A stretch of 29,426 nt of DNA from Alphaproteobacteria bacterium. GTDB lineage: Bacteria > Pseudomonadota > Alphaproteobacteria > UBA7879 > UBA5542. Of the stretch, positions 1-8,600 are shown one piece after another. A program made the translations under genes and the position numbers. Where the stretch lies: contig JBMDXI010000043.1 in NCBI GenBank assembly GCA_048595075.1, forward strand, positions 1 to 29,426. Direction: 5' to 3'. Numbering within the stretch: the stretch's first letter is position 1; the number at the start of each line of letters is the position of its first letter. Below the pieces are notes generated by a model, which saw only the letters and a program-made list of their open reading frames with translations, was not told the DNA's origin and did no database searches.

Positions 1-1295
1 ACCATCGTGGCAAGCTGCCTATTGGTACATAAAGTGCGTGCATAGACTACTTCTGTGGCAGGCAGCTCGGGTTTGCAGTCCCAATTAACAAAGGAAATTA
101 AATAATCGGTTCCTGGAATTTTAGGGTTGCTAGAACTGCTGCGTCGGCTAAACCAAAAAGTGCTTTTTTTTTGTTTCATAGAATGATGATCATAGGAAAA
201 ATAAGGGCCAATTTCTTCTACTTCAACAGCATCCAGATTAGACGCAAAAACTTTTTCTACACTATAAATTTCTGTCGTCATTTCGCGCCGATGATCAGGG
301 ACAAGGCGATATTCTATTTTTTTATGATCAAATCGAATGGGTTCCGATGTACGGGGAAACAGGTTAATAATAGGGGTACATCCTAATAAAAAAGTCCTTT
401 TCGAAAAGGCCACTGCTTGGGCTTCTTCTGCATCACAAACGGGAATAAAAATGTCGGCAGCTTGTGTGCACTTGCTGAAATCCACTTTTAGATCAAAAAA
501 TTGATATTTTTTAGGAAATGCAAAATATTCTTGAAGGAGTCCATAAGCGGGGTGGCCATTAGCAGGGCGAGGAATGGCAGCTTCATCTAAGGAGAATCCT
601 ACTTGATGGATAACATCTGGCCCTAGAATTTTAAATTTATGCAAGTCACTTCCTGTGATAGCAATACGATGGTTTTCTTCAAATAGAAGCTGATATAAAA
701 TGTTTGCCTCGGTATGATGGGCATTAATATAGAATCTTAAGTAAGGAATATTCAGCTCGTTCAAGGGGGTTTTATGGGCTTTCAATGAAATTTTCAAAAG
801 ATAAGTATGGGGCGTAAGCGTTTCCCCAAAATCATATTTCTCAGCCTTTACTAAGGTAGCATTGCTAATTTCGATAGGCCATAATTCAATCGGATAACAG
901 GTTCTGAAGCGACAGATCTCTCCCTCAGTTGCTTCAGTAAATACAGAAAAATTCTTGGGAATAATATAGCTATTCGTCATGGGCTTTTGGGTGTCAGGCT
1001 GAAATTGTGCAATGCTCATGGGGGGAATAGGATTGGTTAAAAAGGGATATAAAATACTTAAAAGAGCAGATGAAATCCGGGGGAATTGATTTTCAATGTC
1101 ATGCTGTAAATACCCTGCTAAAAAGGCAAATGATTCAAGTAACCTTTCTATATGGGGGTCAGCAGACTGATTTTCAGTAAAACTTAGTCGGCGGGCGATT
1201 TTAGGATATTTTGACGCAAACATCCCCCCCATTTGCCGCAAAAAAGACATTTCTTTTTGGTAGTATAATAACTGAAGATCATTAGATTGCGTCAT
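1..1295 (-). CDS. tssF: T6SS baseplate subunit TssF, 5' part; gene runs off the left edge of the window (not in the ORF track)
   Basis: Manual translation from ATG at 1295: MTQSNDLQLLYYQKEMSFLRQMGGMFASKYPKIARRL...ADPHIERLLESFAFLAG...LYPFLTNPIPPMSIAQF, and LCTNR in the same frame at the window edge. These are hallmark TssF motifs. Lies directly downstream of tssE. Confidence 0.95.
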   Translation of the reverse strand, partial: MTQSNDLQLLYYQKEMSFLRQMGGMFASKYPKIARRLSFTENQSADPHIERLLESFAFLAGYLQHDIENQFPRISSALLSILYPFLTNPIPPMSIAQFQPDTQKPMTNSYIIPKNFSVFTEATEGEICRFRTCYPIELWPIEISNATLVKAEKYDFGETLTPHTYLLKISLKAHKTPLNELNIPYLRFYINAHHTEANILYQLLFEENHRIAITGSDLHKFKILGPDVIHQVGFSLDEAAIPRPANGHPAYGLLQEYFAFPKKYQFFDLKVDFSKCTQAADIFIPVCDAEEAQAVAFSKRTFLLGCTPIINLFPRTSEPIRFDHKKIEYRLVPDHRREMTTEIYSVEKVFASNLDAVEVEEIGPYFSYDHHSMKQKKSTFWFSRRSSSSNPKIPGTDYLISFVNWDCKPELPATEVVYARTLCTNRQLATM

Positions 1296-1361
1296 ATGTT
1301 ACGTAATGAGGTAGAAGAAACATAATTCTTAAACTCACCTAAACCCTCCTGTTTTATAGTT

Positions 1362-1468
1362 TATAGTTGGAAACTTATAAAATTATTACGTCGAAATTCG
1401 TCGCTGGTGTGCGTTAGCACAAGTTCGCTCCTCATTTCTCGTACTCATTTTAAACTTTCTCAGCTATA
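1362..1468. mobile_element. ~107-bp miniature inverted-repeat element (RPE/MITE-like), copy 1, in the tssE-tssF spacer
   Basis: TATAGTT...AGCTATA termini; 9 mismatches over 107 nt versus copy 2 (9887-9993) by manual alignment. Confidence 0.9.
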
Positions 1469-1477
1469 TTTCTTTCG

Positions 1478-1993
1478 CTATATGTCTTTATTATAAGCTT
1501 TTTTCTCGCGCCTGCCAATATCTTGAAAATGTTGTACAGCTACGGGGAATGAAATAGGTTCTAATACATCGCCGATTTTCAGCATACCATGAACTTGTAA
1601 ATAAAGGTTTTGAGTTTGGGGATCATATTGGCTGATTTCAACAGAGACGCTTTCTAAGCGTGGTTCAAATAACTTTAAGCTATTGGCCATCAAGCGGGCG
1701 AGTTTATTCGCTCCTTCAGGGCTAGAAGCATCCCCATAAGATTGGTCGGGGAATCCATACAGATCAGGAAGCCCGTATTCAAGGGTGGAAGGGTCTAAAG
1801 CCTGATATTCTTTCCAAGGGATTTTGCAACGGGTATTCAAAAGGTGGGTGGCTTCCCGCATAACGGACGCGATGGTTTCTTCGCGATTGTATTTAATAAA
1901 GGGAACAACCTCTGCAAAGGTATTCAGGTCATCATCCACAAGCCGATCAAACAGAGGAGCCGTCGTCCCAACAATTGTCCAACTTTTACTCAT
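1478..1993 (-). CDS. tssE: T6SS baseplate subunit TssE (gp25-like)
   Basis: PLFDRL, LLNTR, YGLPDL and FEPRL motifs; position in the T6SS operon. ATG at 1993 preceded by a GGGGG RBS is preferred over the TTG at 2011 in the ORF track. Confidence 0.92.
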   Translation of the reverse strand: MSKSWTIVGTTAPLFDRLVDDDLNTFAEVVPFIKYNREETIASVMREATHLLNTRCKIPWKEYQALDPSTLEYGLPDLYGFPDQSYGDASSPEGANKLARLMANSLKLFEPRLESVSVEISQYDPQTQNLYLQVHGMLKIGDVLEPISFPVAVQHFQDIGRREKKAYNKDI

Positions 1994-2030
1994 AGAATGA
2001 GCCCCCTTCAAGCTTCTTCGCTATAGGTTA

Positions 2031-2684
2031 CTAGCCAGCAGCTATTTGGTTAATAGTAACGTCAAAGCTTGTTGCTATTTGCCCTGTGACTTCTCCGCTG
2101 GTAGAAGTAGAGTGATAGATTAATGTGCCCTTTGTAAAAACAAAACTTAGCTCTAAAAGATATAATTCCATAGAGTGTAAGTTATTGAAAAAATTTCCAT
2201 CATAACGGGAGCTATCCATCGCGCCTTCTCCGACAGCATGAACTTCCCCTGTAGGCCCTACATAATCATACTGTACATAGGGAACGTTAGCGATGGCTTC
2301 AGCAATGCGTGCCTTTTCTAGCTCAATAACAAACTTAGGTTGGGCTGTGGCACCCGTTGCTCCATAGTTAGAAACAACAATGATGGTGATTTTAGGAAAA
2401 ACTGTTCCCTTTCCACAGTGAGCTTTAAAGGCTTCTGCTTGTTCCTGATCTATCAATATTTTAAAATCACTGACACTTACTTGTCCCGTTGAGGCCAGAA
2501 GCCCGTTATTTCCAGGCTTAACAGATTTGCTCATAGAGAATCTATATTTAAATACACTATGTCCCTCTGTAATAGCCCCATTGTCAGTGTTCTCTTTTCC
2601 TGGAACTTCAGGGCACAGTAAATACGCTGAAGCAGTTCTGGATAAGTACGATTTGTTGGGGCGTGTAAAAGTATTAATAGGCAT
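2031..2684 (-). CDS. hcp: Hcp/TssD-like tube protein B, divergent, with N-terminal extension and internal insertion
   Basis: AYLLCPEVPGKE, GQVSVSDFKI, HCGKGTVFPKITI and LELSFVFTKGTLIY...G...SFD segments align by eye with the Hcp beta-strand pattern; located between tssC and tssE; GAGGA RBS. Confidence 0.8.
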   Translation of the reverse strand: MPINTFTRPNKSYLSRTASAYLLCPEVPGKENTDNGAITEGHSVFKYRFSMSKSVKPGNNGLLASTGQVSVSDFKILIDQEQAEAFKAHCGKGTVFPKITIIVVSNYGATGATAQPKFVIELEKARIAEAIANVPYVQYDYVGPTGEVHAVGEGAMDSSRYDGNFFNNLHSMELYLLELSFVFTKGTLIYHSTSTSGEVTGQIATSFDVTINQIAAG

Positions 2685-2702
2685 GATATTCCTCTGTTAT
2701 GT

Positions 2703-3281
2703 TTATGCCGGTTCGTAGGTTCCTTTGTCGGTACTAGAAATAACCCCTGATTGACCTTCAGCTGTCATGTCTTCTCCGTAATGGGTACGCGTTTCTTCTA
2801 GTTGAGAATAGGCAAATGTCAGGGTTTCAAATATCCCTTCACTTGTTGCCAATTGATAATTTTGGTCAAATTCTATCTGGCAACTTTCGATATAAATGTT
2901 AGAGAGGATACGCTCTGTCATAACCGAGGGGCCTGCCCCTGCTGTGCCTACTTCTGTGATAGTAATTGATTCAAGGTTGGTGCCCCCAAAACAATGGGTT
3001 ACGGCAGGAATAACGCTTTTATCAACCGCAATATAAACCGTGGTAGAAAAAGTTTTAGGAAATCCTGCTTCAAAAGGGCTTCCTGATGAGACGCGATCCA
3101 CAGGGTTAATGGTAGAAAAAGTAGGCCTATTCAGAAGCGGTATCTTATGACTTAAATCAACGCCATCTGTGTTGACTTTCAAGCTTCCTTGAAGAAGGTC
3201 TCCCCCCATCCCGACAAGCATAGAAGTAAACTTGAAAGGCAGTCCGAGGAAAGACTCTAATGTTTCTGTTTGTATTGCCAT
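2703..3281 (-). CDS. hcp: Hcp/TssD-like tube protein A, highly divergent
   Basis: VDKSVIPAVTHCFGGTNLESITITEV resembles the Hcp DKASP..F..C..GE.L..V.I segment; ETLTFAYSQLEETRTHY resembles E.V.L.Y..I...Y; immediately after tssC, the canonical hcp position; AAGGA RBS. Confidence 0.7.
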   Translation of the reverse strand: MAIQTETLESFLGLPFKFTSMLVGMGGDLLQGSLKVNTDGVDLSHKIPLLNRPTFSTINPVDRVSSGSPFEAGFPKTFSTTVYIAVDKSVIPAVTHCFGGTNLESITITEVGTAGAGPSVMTERILSNIYIESCQIEFDQNYQLATSEGIFETLTFAYSQLEETRTHYGEDMTAEGQSGVISSTDKGTYEPA

Positions 3282-3297
3282 TTTCTAGCGTCCTTTC

Positions 3298-4779
3298 TTA
3301 TTTAGCTGGCGGTGGTAATTCAGCCACCAGACGTAAAGATGCTGTTAACTCTTCCAACTGGAAGTGGGGTCTTAAAAAGACAGTCGCCCTATACTTACCA
3401 GGTTCCCCTGGTACGTCAAATACGTCTATGCGTGCCTCACGCAAAGGGAACCGCGCTTTTAATTCTTGGGGCGCATCATCTGTCAAAAGAACGTAATTCG
3501 CAATCCAAGTTTGTAGATACTTTTGTACATCTGCTTTCCCCATAAAGCTACCGATCTTATCGCGCATAATAACCTTTATGTAATGAGCGAAACGTGAGGC
3601 CGCTAGAATATAGGGGAGCCTTGCTGATATAGTTGCGTTAGCTGTGGCTTGAGGTACATTATACTTCATGGATTTTTGGGTGGTTTGCCCCCCAAAGAAA
3701 GCAGCTTTATCTGTTCCTTTACAGTGACACAGGGAAATAAATCCTAAATCACTTAATTCTTTTTCCCGACGATCTGTGATCGCAATTTGCGTGGGGCACT
3801 TCAAAGCTAAATCCCCATCAGTTGTCTTAAAGGTGTAAGATGGCAATCCTTCTACTAATCCACCGCCTTCAACACCACGGATAGCAGCTGTCCATCCATA
3901 CAAAGCAAAGGCATTCGTGATACGTTGCCCCAGCATATAGGCGGGGTTCCCCCATACAAATGTTTTAAGGGTTTGACCATCTACTACTTCTTCGTAATTT
4001 AACCCTTCAACAGGTGAAGTAGTTGGGCCATAAGGTAAGCGCATCAATACGCGTGGTAGTACCAACGCCACATAACGAGAATCTTCACTTTCGCGGAAAG
4101 ATTTCCATTTTATTTTATCTAGGCTTTCAAATATTTTTGCTAAATCTCGAGGTTTTCCTAAGTCTACAAAGCTATCAAGATCAAACAAGGTAGGGGATGC
4201 TTCTGTTAACACAGGCGCATGTGCAGCAGCAGCCACATTAGACAGCTTAGAAAGTAAAGACATATCAGGGGCCGTTGCATCAAAACTATAATCTGCGATC
4301 AAACAAGAATAAGGGTTTCCCCCAAAAGTACCATATTCATCTTCATAAACTTGTTTGAAAAGAGTGCTCTGGTCAAATTCGGTTGCCTTTTCAAGGTCTT
4401 GCCTTAATTCATTTTTGCTAACGTTCAGCAAGCGTATTTTTAACTGTGTGCTTGTTTCTGTGTTCATAACAAGGTAAGAAAGCCCACGCCAGGAAGCTTC
4501 TAATTGTTGGAAGTTTGGATGATGCATAATTTCATCTAATTGACGTGAAATAAGTTGATCAATTTCTTCTATACGCGTTTGTACGAAAGCAACCGTGTCT
4601 TTGCTAACCGTATCCCCGGCTTGTAAAATCTGCTGTACAAATTCGTCGACCATATCAACGGCATATGCCTTCATATCGGGGTCGCGCACTAATTTTCCGT
4701 TTGTTAAAACTTGATCTAACAACGTGGATGGAGCAGCTGCCTCTGCTGCTGGAGTCTCAGTTTTTTTTGCGTCAGCCAT
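3298..4779 (-). CDS. tssC: T6SS contractile sheath large subunit TssC (VipB)
   Basis: IMHHPNFQQLEASWRGL, EDEYGTFGGNPY, LPRVLMRLPYG, REKELSDLGFISL, SRFAHYIKVIMRDKIGSF and RPHFQLEEL motifs. Confidence 0.99.
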   Translation of the reverse strand: MADAKKTETPAAEAAAPSTLLDQVLTNGKLVRDPDMKAYAVDMVDEFVQQILQAGDTVSKDTVAFVQTRIEEIDQLISRQLDEIMHHPNFQQLEASWRGLSYLVMNTETSTQLKIRLLNVSKNELRQDLEKATEFDQSTLFKQVYEDEYGTFGGNPYSCLIADYSFDATAPDMSLLSKLSNVAAAAHAPVLTEASPTLFDLDSFVDLGKPRDLAKIFESLDKIKWKSFRESEDSRYVALVLPRVLMRLPYGPTTSPVEGLNYEEVVDGQTLKTFVWGNPAYMLGQRITNAFALYGWTAAIRGVEGGGLVEGLPSYTFKTTDGDLALKCPTQIAITDRREKELSDLGFISLCHCKGTDKAAFFGGQTTQKSMKYNVPQATANATISARLPYILAASRFAHYIKVIMRDKIGSFMGKADVQKYLQTWIANYVLLTDDAPQELKARFPLREARIDVFDVPGEPGKYRATVFLRPHFQLEELTASLRLVAELPPPAK

Positions 4780-4796
4780 GTGTTATTCTCCCTGTT

Positions 4797-5387
4797 TTAC
4801 TTTGCTGGCTTTCCAGCAGGTTTAGCATCTTCTGCCCCTGCTGGTTTAACTGCTGCAATATCTTTTTGTACTTCTGCGCGGTTATCTGCATTTTCCAAAA
4901 TACTTTGTAGCAACTTTTCTAATTTTTCGTTCCCGTCAAGCTTAGCTAATAAATTATGAAGCTTTGTGCGGGCATCATATAATTTAGCTAAGGGGTCAAT
5001 TTGTTGTAAAACGTTAACAGGTTCAAAATCTTCTATGCTTTTGAAATTCAGCAAGACATTTAACTGAGTGTCGGCGCCTTCAGCACCTTTTTTGTCTTCT
5101 TCTTTTCCACTGCCTGCTGTTAAAGTATTATCCACACGGTAGGCAAGTCGTGGGCCAATATTTTTCAAAATGGAGTTAAAATTATCACGATCAATTTCAA
5201 TCGCTTTGCGGTCCTTAAAAAGAGGCATTTCTTTATCAGGGTCTCTGTCACCTGACAAATCAGCTAATACTCCCATTACAAAGGGCAATTCTTTCATCTG
5301 AATAGCGTCACCCACTTCAACGTCATAGGTAATTTGAACGCGTGGAGGCCGCACCCTGTCTAACTTGTGCTGATTACTTTCTGCCAT
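4797..5387 (-). CDS. tssB: T6SS contractile sheath small subunit TssB (VipA)
   Basis: QHKLDRVRPPRVQITYDVE, ELPFVMGVLADLSG and F.SIEDFEP motifs. Confidence 0.99.
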   Translation of the reverse strand: MAESNQHKLDRVRPPRVQITYDVEVGDAIQMKELPFVMGVLADLSGDRDPDKEMPLFKDRKAIEIDRDNFNSILKNIGPRLAYRVDNTLTAGSGKEEDKKGAEGADTQLNVLLNFKSIEDFEPVNVLQQIDPLAKLYDARTKLHNLLAKLDGNEKLEKLLQSILENADNRAEVQKDIAAVKPAGAEDAKPAGKPAK

Positions 5388-5415
5388 ATTTTACTCTCCC
5401 TATTTTTAATTCTTA

Positions 5416-5432
5416 TTGCTTTCAGCATGCCA
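5416..5432 (-). promoter_or_regulatory. Possible sigma-54 (-24/-12) promoter of the T6SS operon
   Basis: Minus strand reads TGGCATGCTGAAAGCAA: GG and GC at the canonical sigma-54 spacing, about 30 nt upstream of tssB. The usual TT before GC is AA here. Confidence 0.35.
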
Positions 5433-5660
5433 TGTTATAAAACGTCTGTAAACTAAAAAATAAACCCCCCTTATTTGGTACTAAGAACTTAGCACATTGC
5501 TATGCTAGATTGTAGGAATTTGAGTGACTGCTCTATAGAAAAATGTTCTTTCACAGCATTTAGGGTTACTTTTAATTAAGCTTTTTCTCTTGAAAACTTG
5601 CCTACAACTCTCTATATACAATTTACCCATAAGACTTTGATAGAGAGAGAGGCTTTGAAG

Positions 5661-8600
5661 ATGCGCAAGTTTATAAGTTACAGTTTAATTTTATCGTTCA
5701 TGTGGAGCACCCCCTACAGTGTGTGGGCGAGTATTACAAGTTCGCAGGATGAAAAAATTGCAAAGTTTGAACGATTTTTGTGGCCCTCAGCCCTGCCAGC
5801 CCATCGTTTGTTTAAAGCTGAAGAGGAAAAAACAGCCGCAGGGATTTTGCCTTTAGCTAACCATGAGGGCAACTTGTATGTTTTACTCGGAAAGCGTAAT
5901 GATCATCCTGAATGGTGTAATTTCGGGGGTGGTTCTAAATCTGACGAATCTTATCTGAATGAAACAGCAGCTCAAGAGCTTCTTGAAGAATCTTGTGGGC
6001 TGTATGCTGTAGACCCCGATGCTTTGCATGCCTCTTTTTCTCATACAGTGCAAACGCCTGAGTTAACCTATCGGATGTATATCCGCCAATTCCAGTATTT
6101 AGATAGCCTTCATTTTCTCGACAGATTGAATGAAGCCAAAGATGGCTCTTCCAAAGAATATACAGATTTTGCTTGGTTTAAGTTGAGGGCCTTAATAAAT
6201 TGGGCTAAAGATACAACTTATAAGCTATCCCTACAGGATTTCCATCCTCAAGATCAGCAACGGTTTTCTTCTAACTTTGATAATGAAATGTTCTCTCTTT
6301 TTGGCCCCTTTGCTACGATGATGCGGGAGCAGTCTGTTCTTAAGATTTTAACTTCAGGAAATCGCCATAGAAATGTTCATACCTTCCGTCGACTAGAAAG
6401 AGGAGAAGAATCTTCAGAAACCTTTACAGTACGTGTAGGCTGGTATCCTGTTCAAACAACCGTGCAAGATACAGAAGGACTTAAACCTTCGGATGCTGCC
6501 TATTTAGTACCCTATGGGCGTAATGCGGTGGGAAATATTTTTGCAGAGAAGACCTATGAGAAAATAGAGGATGGTACGGTTATTGACAGCCTATCATTTC
6601 CTGTTCTCTTCAACCCTGAGGCAGAACGTAAAACAGTGGCCACAACTGTTGTGAAAAAAGCCCACACCTTAATGGAACTGATTTCTTTGCCGAAATTTGA
6701 AAAGGGTGAGGACGCCCCAGAACCCTCTCCTATTCCTGAAAAATGGAAAGTTCTGGTAGAAGAATTTCGGAAAGCTACCCCCACAGAGCGTCACTTAAAA
6801 TGGGTTTTAAAAAATCAATTTTTAGAGGGAAGAACTCTTGAAGCGTATAGAGGAAACTTTAGGGCTTATTTAGAGGCGATGAATAATCAGTCTCGTATGG
6901 AGAATCGGGGTAAAATTGACATCACTGATGAGGCGATTGATCAATTGGCAACGCTTCTTCATCAAGAAGTTGAAGCCCTGCAGCATCCGATAGACCCCCG
7001 TTTCCCGCTTTACCATGGTGCGGTAGGGCAGATAGGAGAACTTTATACCATCTTTTCCTATTTGAAAGAAATTCTAAGGATTAATCCCTTAAAAGGAGCG
7101 CATCTTGCTAACCCTCATTTCTCGTCGGTGGAAATGAATCCTATTTTTTTGAACGGCGTCCGAGGGACGGATATGTACTTTCAAAAGTTTTTGGAAATCC
7201 TGAAAAAGCCAGAAAATCAAAACCTTACCCATGCCCAAGCTTTTTATAAAGAATTTATTAAAGATAATTCAAGCCCTAATTATGATCCTTTCGTGGTATT
7301 GAATAGAATTTGTGCTAACCCGGCCCTAACCTGTGGTCCTGGACTTAGTACAAGTACCAGTAATTCCATTGAATATTGGTTGAAAGGCCATAGCGTTACT
7401 TTACCTCCTATTGAGAATATTTTCCCAGAAACACTTGCTTTACTAGGAACAAAGGGTGAATTTACGGCTTTTAATTCTATTTTTACTCAGTATTATGGTC
7501 TTCTCAAGGAAAATGAAACAAATGGTGTTATGTTTCAGATGTTTGTGTCACCTGCTCTGTTGAATGTTGCAACCCATTCTTACAACCATCACTGCACTGA
7601 AACTTATGTAGATGACCCTATTCTAGGGCCTTTTAACAATATCTTCCAATATGAAAAGTTTTTCCAGGTAGGTATTGATCCGAGCAAAGATAGCTCTTTT
7701 GCCTACCCTGAAATTTGGGCCTACTTTACACCAGATCAAACTCAGCACGATTTGCGGATTTTATCTTATCGAAAAAATGATTTGCCTTCCGCCCAGCACA
7801 AGCAACTTATCAGTAGCCTGAAAGATCTCGTAGATCATATGACGATTCGCTGGTTGACTCAACGCACCCGCCTGATGGATGGGGCCCTCTATGAAGGCAA
7901 CCCCACCCTTTATAAGCTTCATCGTATGGTTAGCCTTTATCACGCAGGGGAATCTACCCAAGATTCTCTCCCCCAAGGTAGCTTAGAACATCTTATCAAC
8001 TTAGGTAATGTGCAAGGGGTAGAGACTTTTATCACACATCACCCTGAAGTTATTGATGCTTTACCCGAAAAGTATTGTCACGATTTATTGCTAGGGGCTA
8101 TCTATGAGGGGAACGATGAAATGGCTACCCTTCTTTCAAAAACTTTTTATAACCAAGAAAATTATGTCGAGCTCTTAACGGAAAAAGAGGCTATTTTAAT
8201 TGTACAATTCATGCTTAATAATGCTGAAAATCCTAAAACAGCCTTTGATTTAAACATTTTGCATAAGCTGAACGAAAAATTTTCCTTACAGGACTTCAGC
8301 AAGCGCTATATGAAAATGTGGTTGGGTGGAAATTTTAATCCCCAGGGTTTTTCTAACCATCTTGAAAAAATAGAGTCTTTGGTAGATTTCTTTGGTGACG
8401 ACTTTATTTTCTATTTAGTAAAATCTATTACATTATGCGGCACCCAGTACCCTCTTTTAATAAAAAAACTAGCGGAACCAACCATAAAAGCGAAGATAAA
8501 AAATCCTGTATTTTTACGAAAATGGTTCGACGCTATTGATCTAGAACATCAACAATCAAAACCCTCTTTCGGGTCGGAGGTGATAAATATCTTTAAAACT

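Noticed and set aside
171-386. 71-aa plus-strand ORF
   Set aside because: Antisense shadow of tssF, which is open in a minus-strand frame with clear family motifs.
1844-4910. Short plus-strand ORFs (1844, 2527, 3260, 3312, 4665)
   Set aside because: All antisense to well-supported T6SS genes; no motifs of their own.
6554-7976. Minus-strand ORFs 6554-6784 and 7761-7976 as possible immunity genes
   Set aside because: Fully nested antisense in the large ORF, with no RBS or recognisable features.
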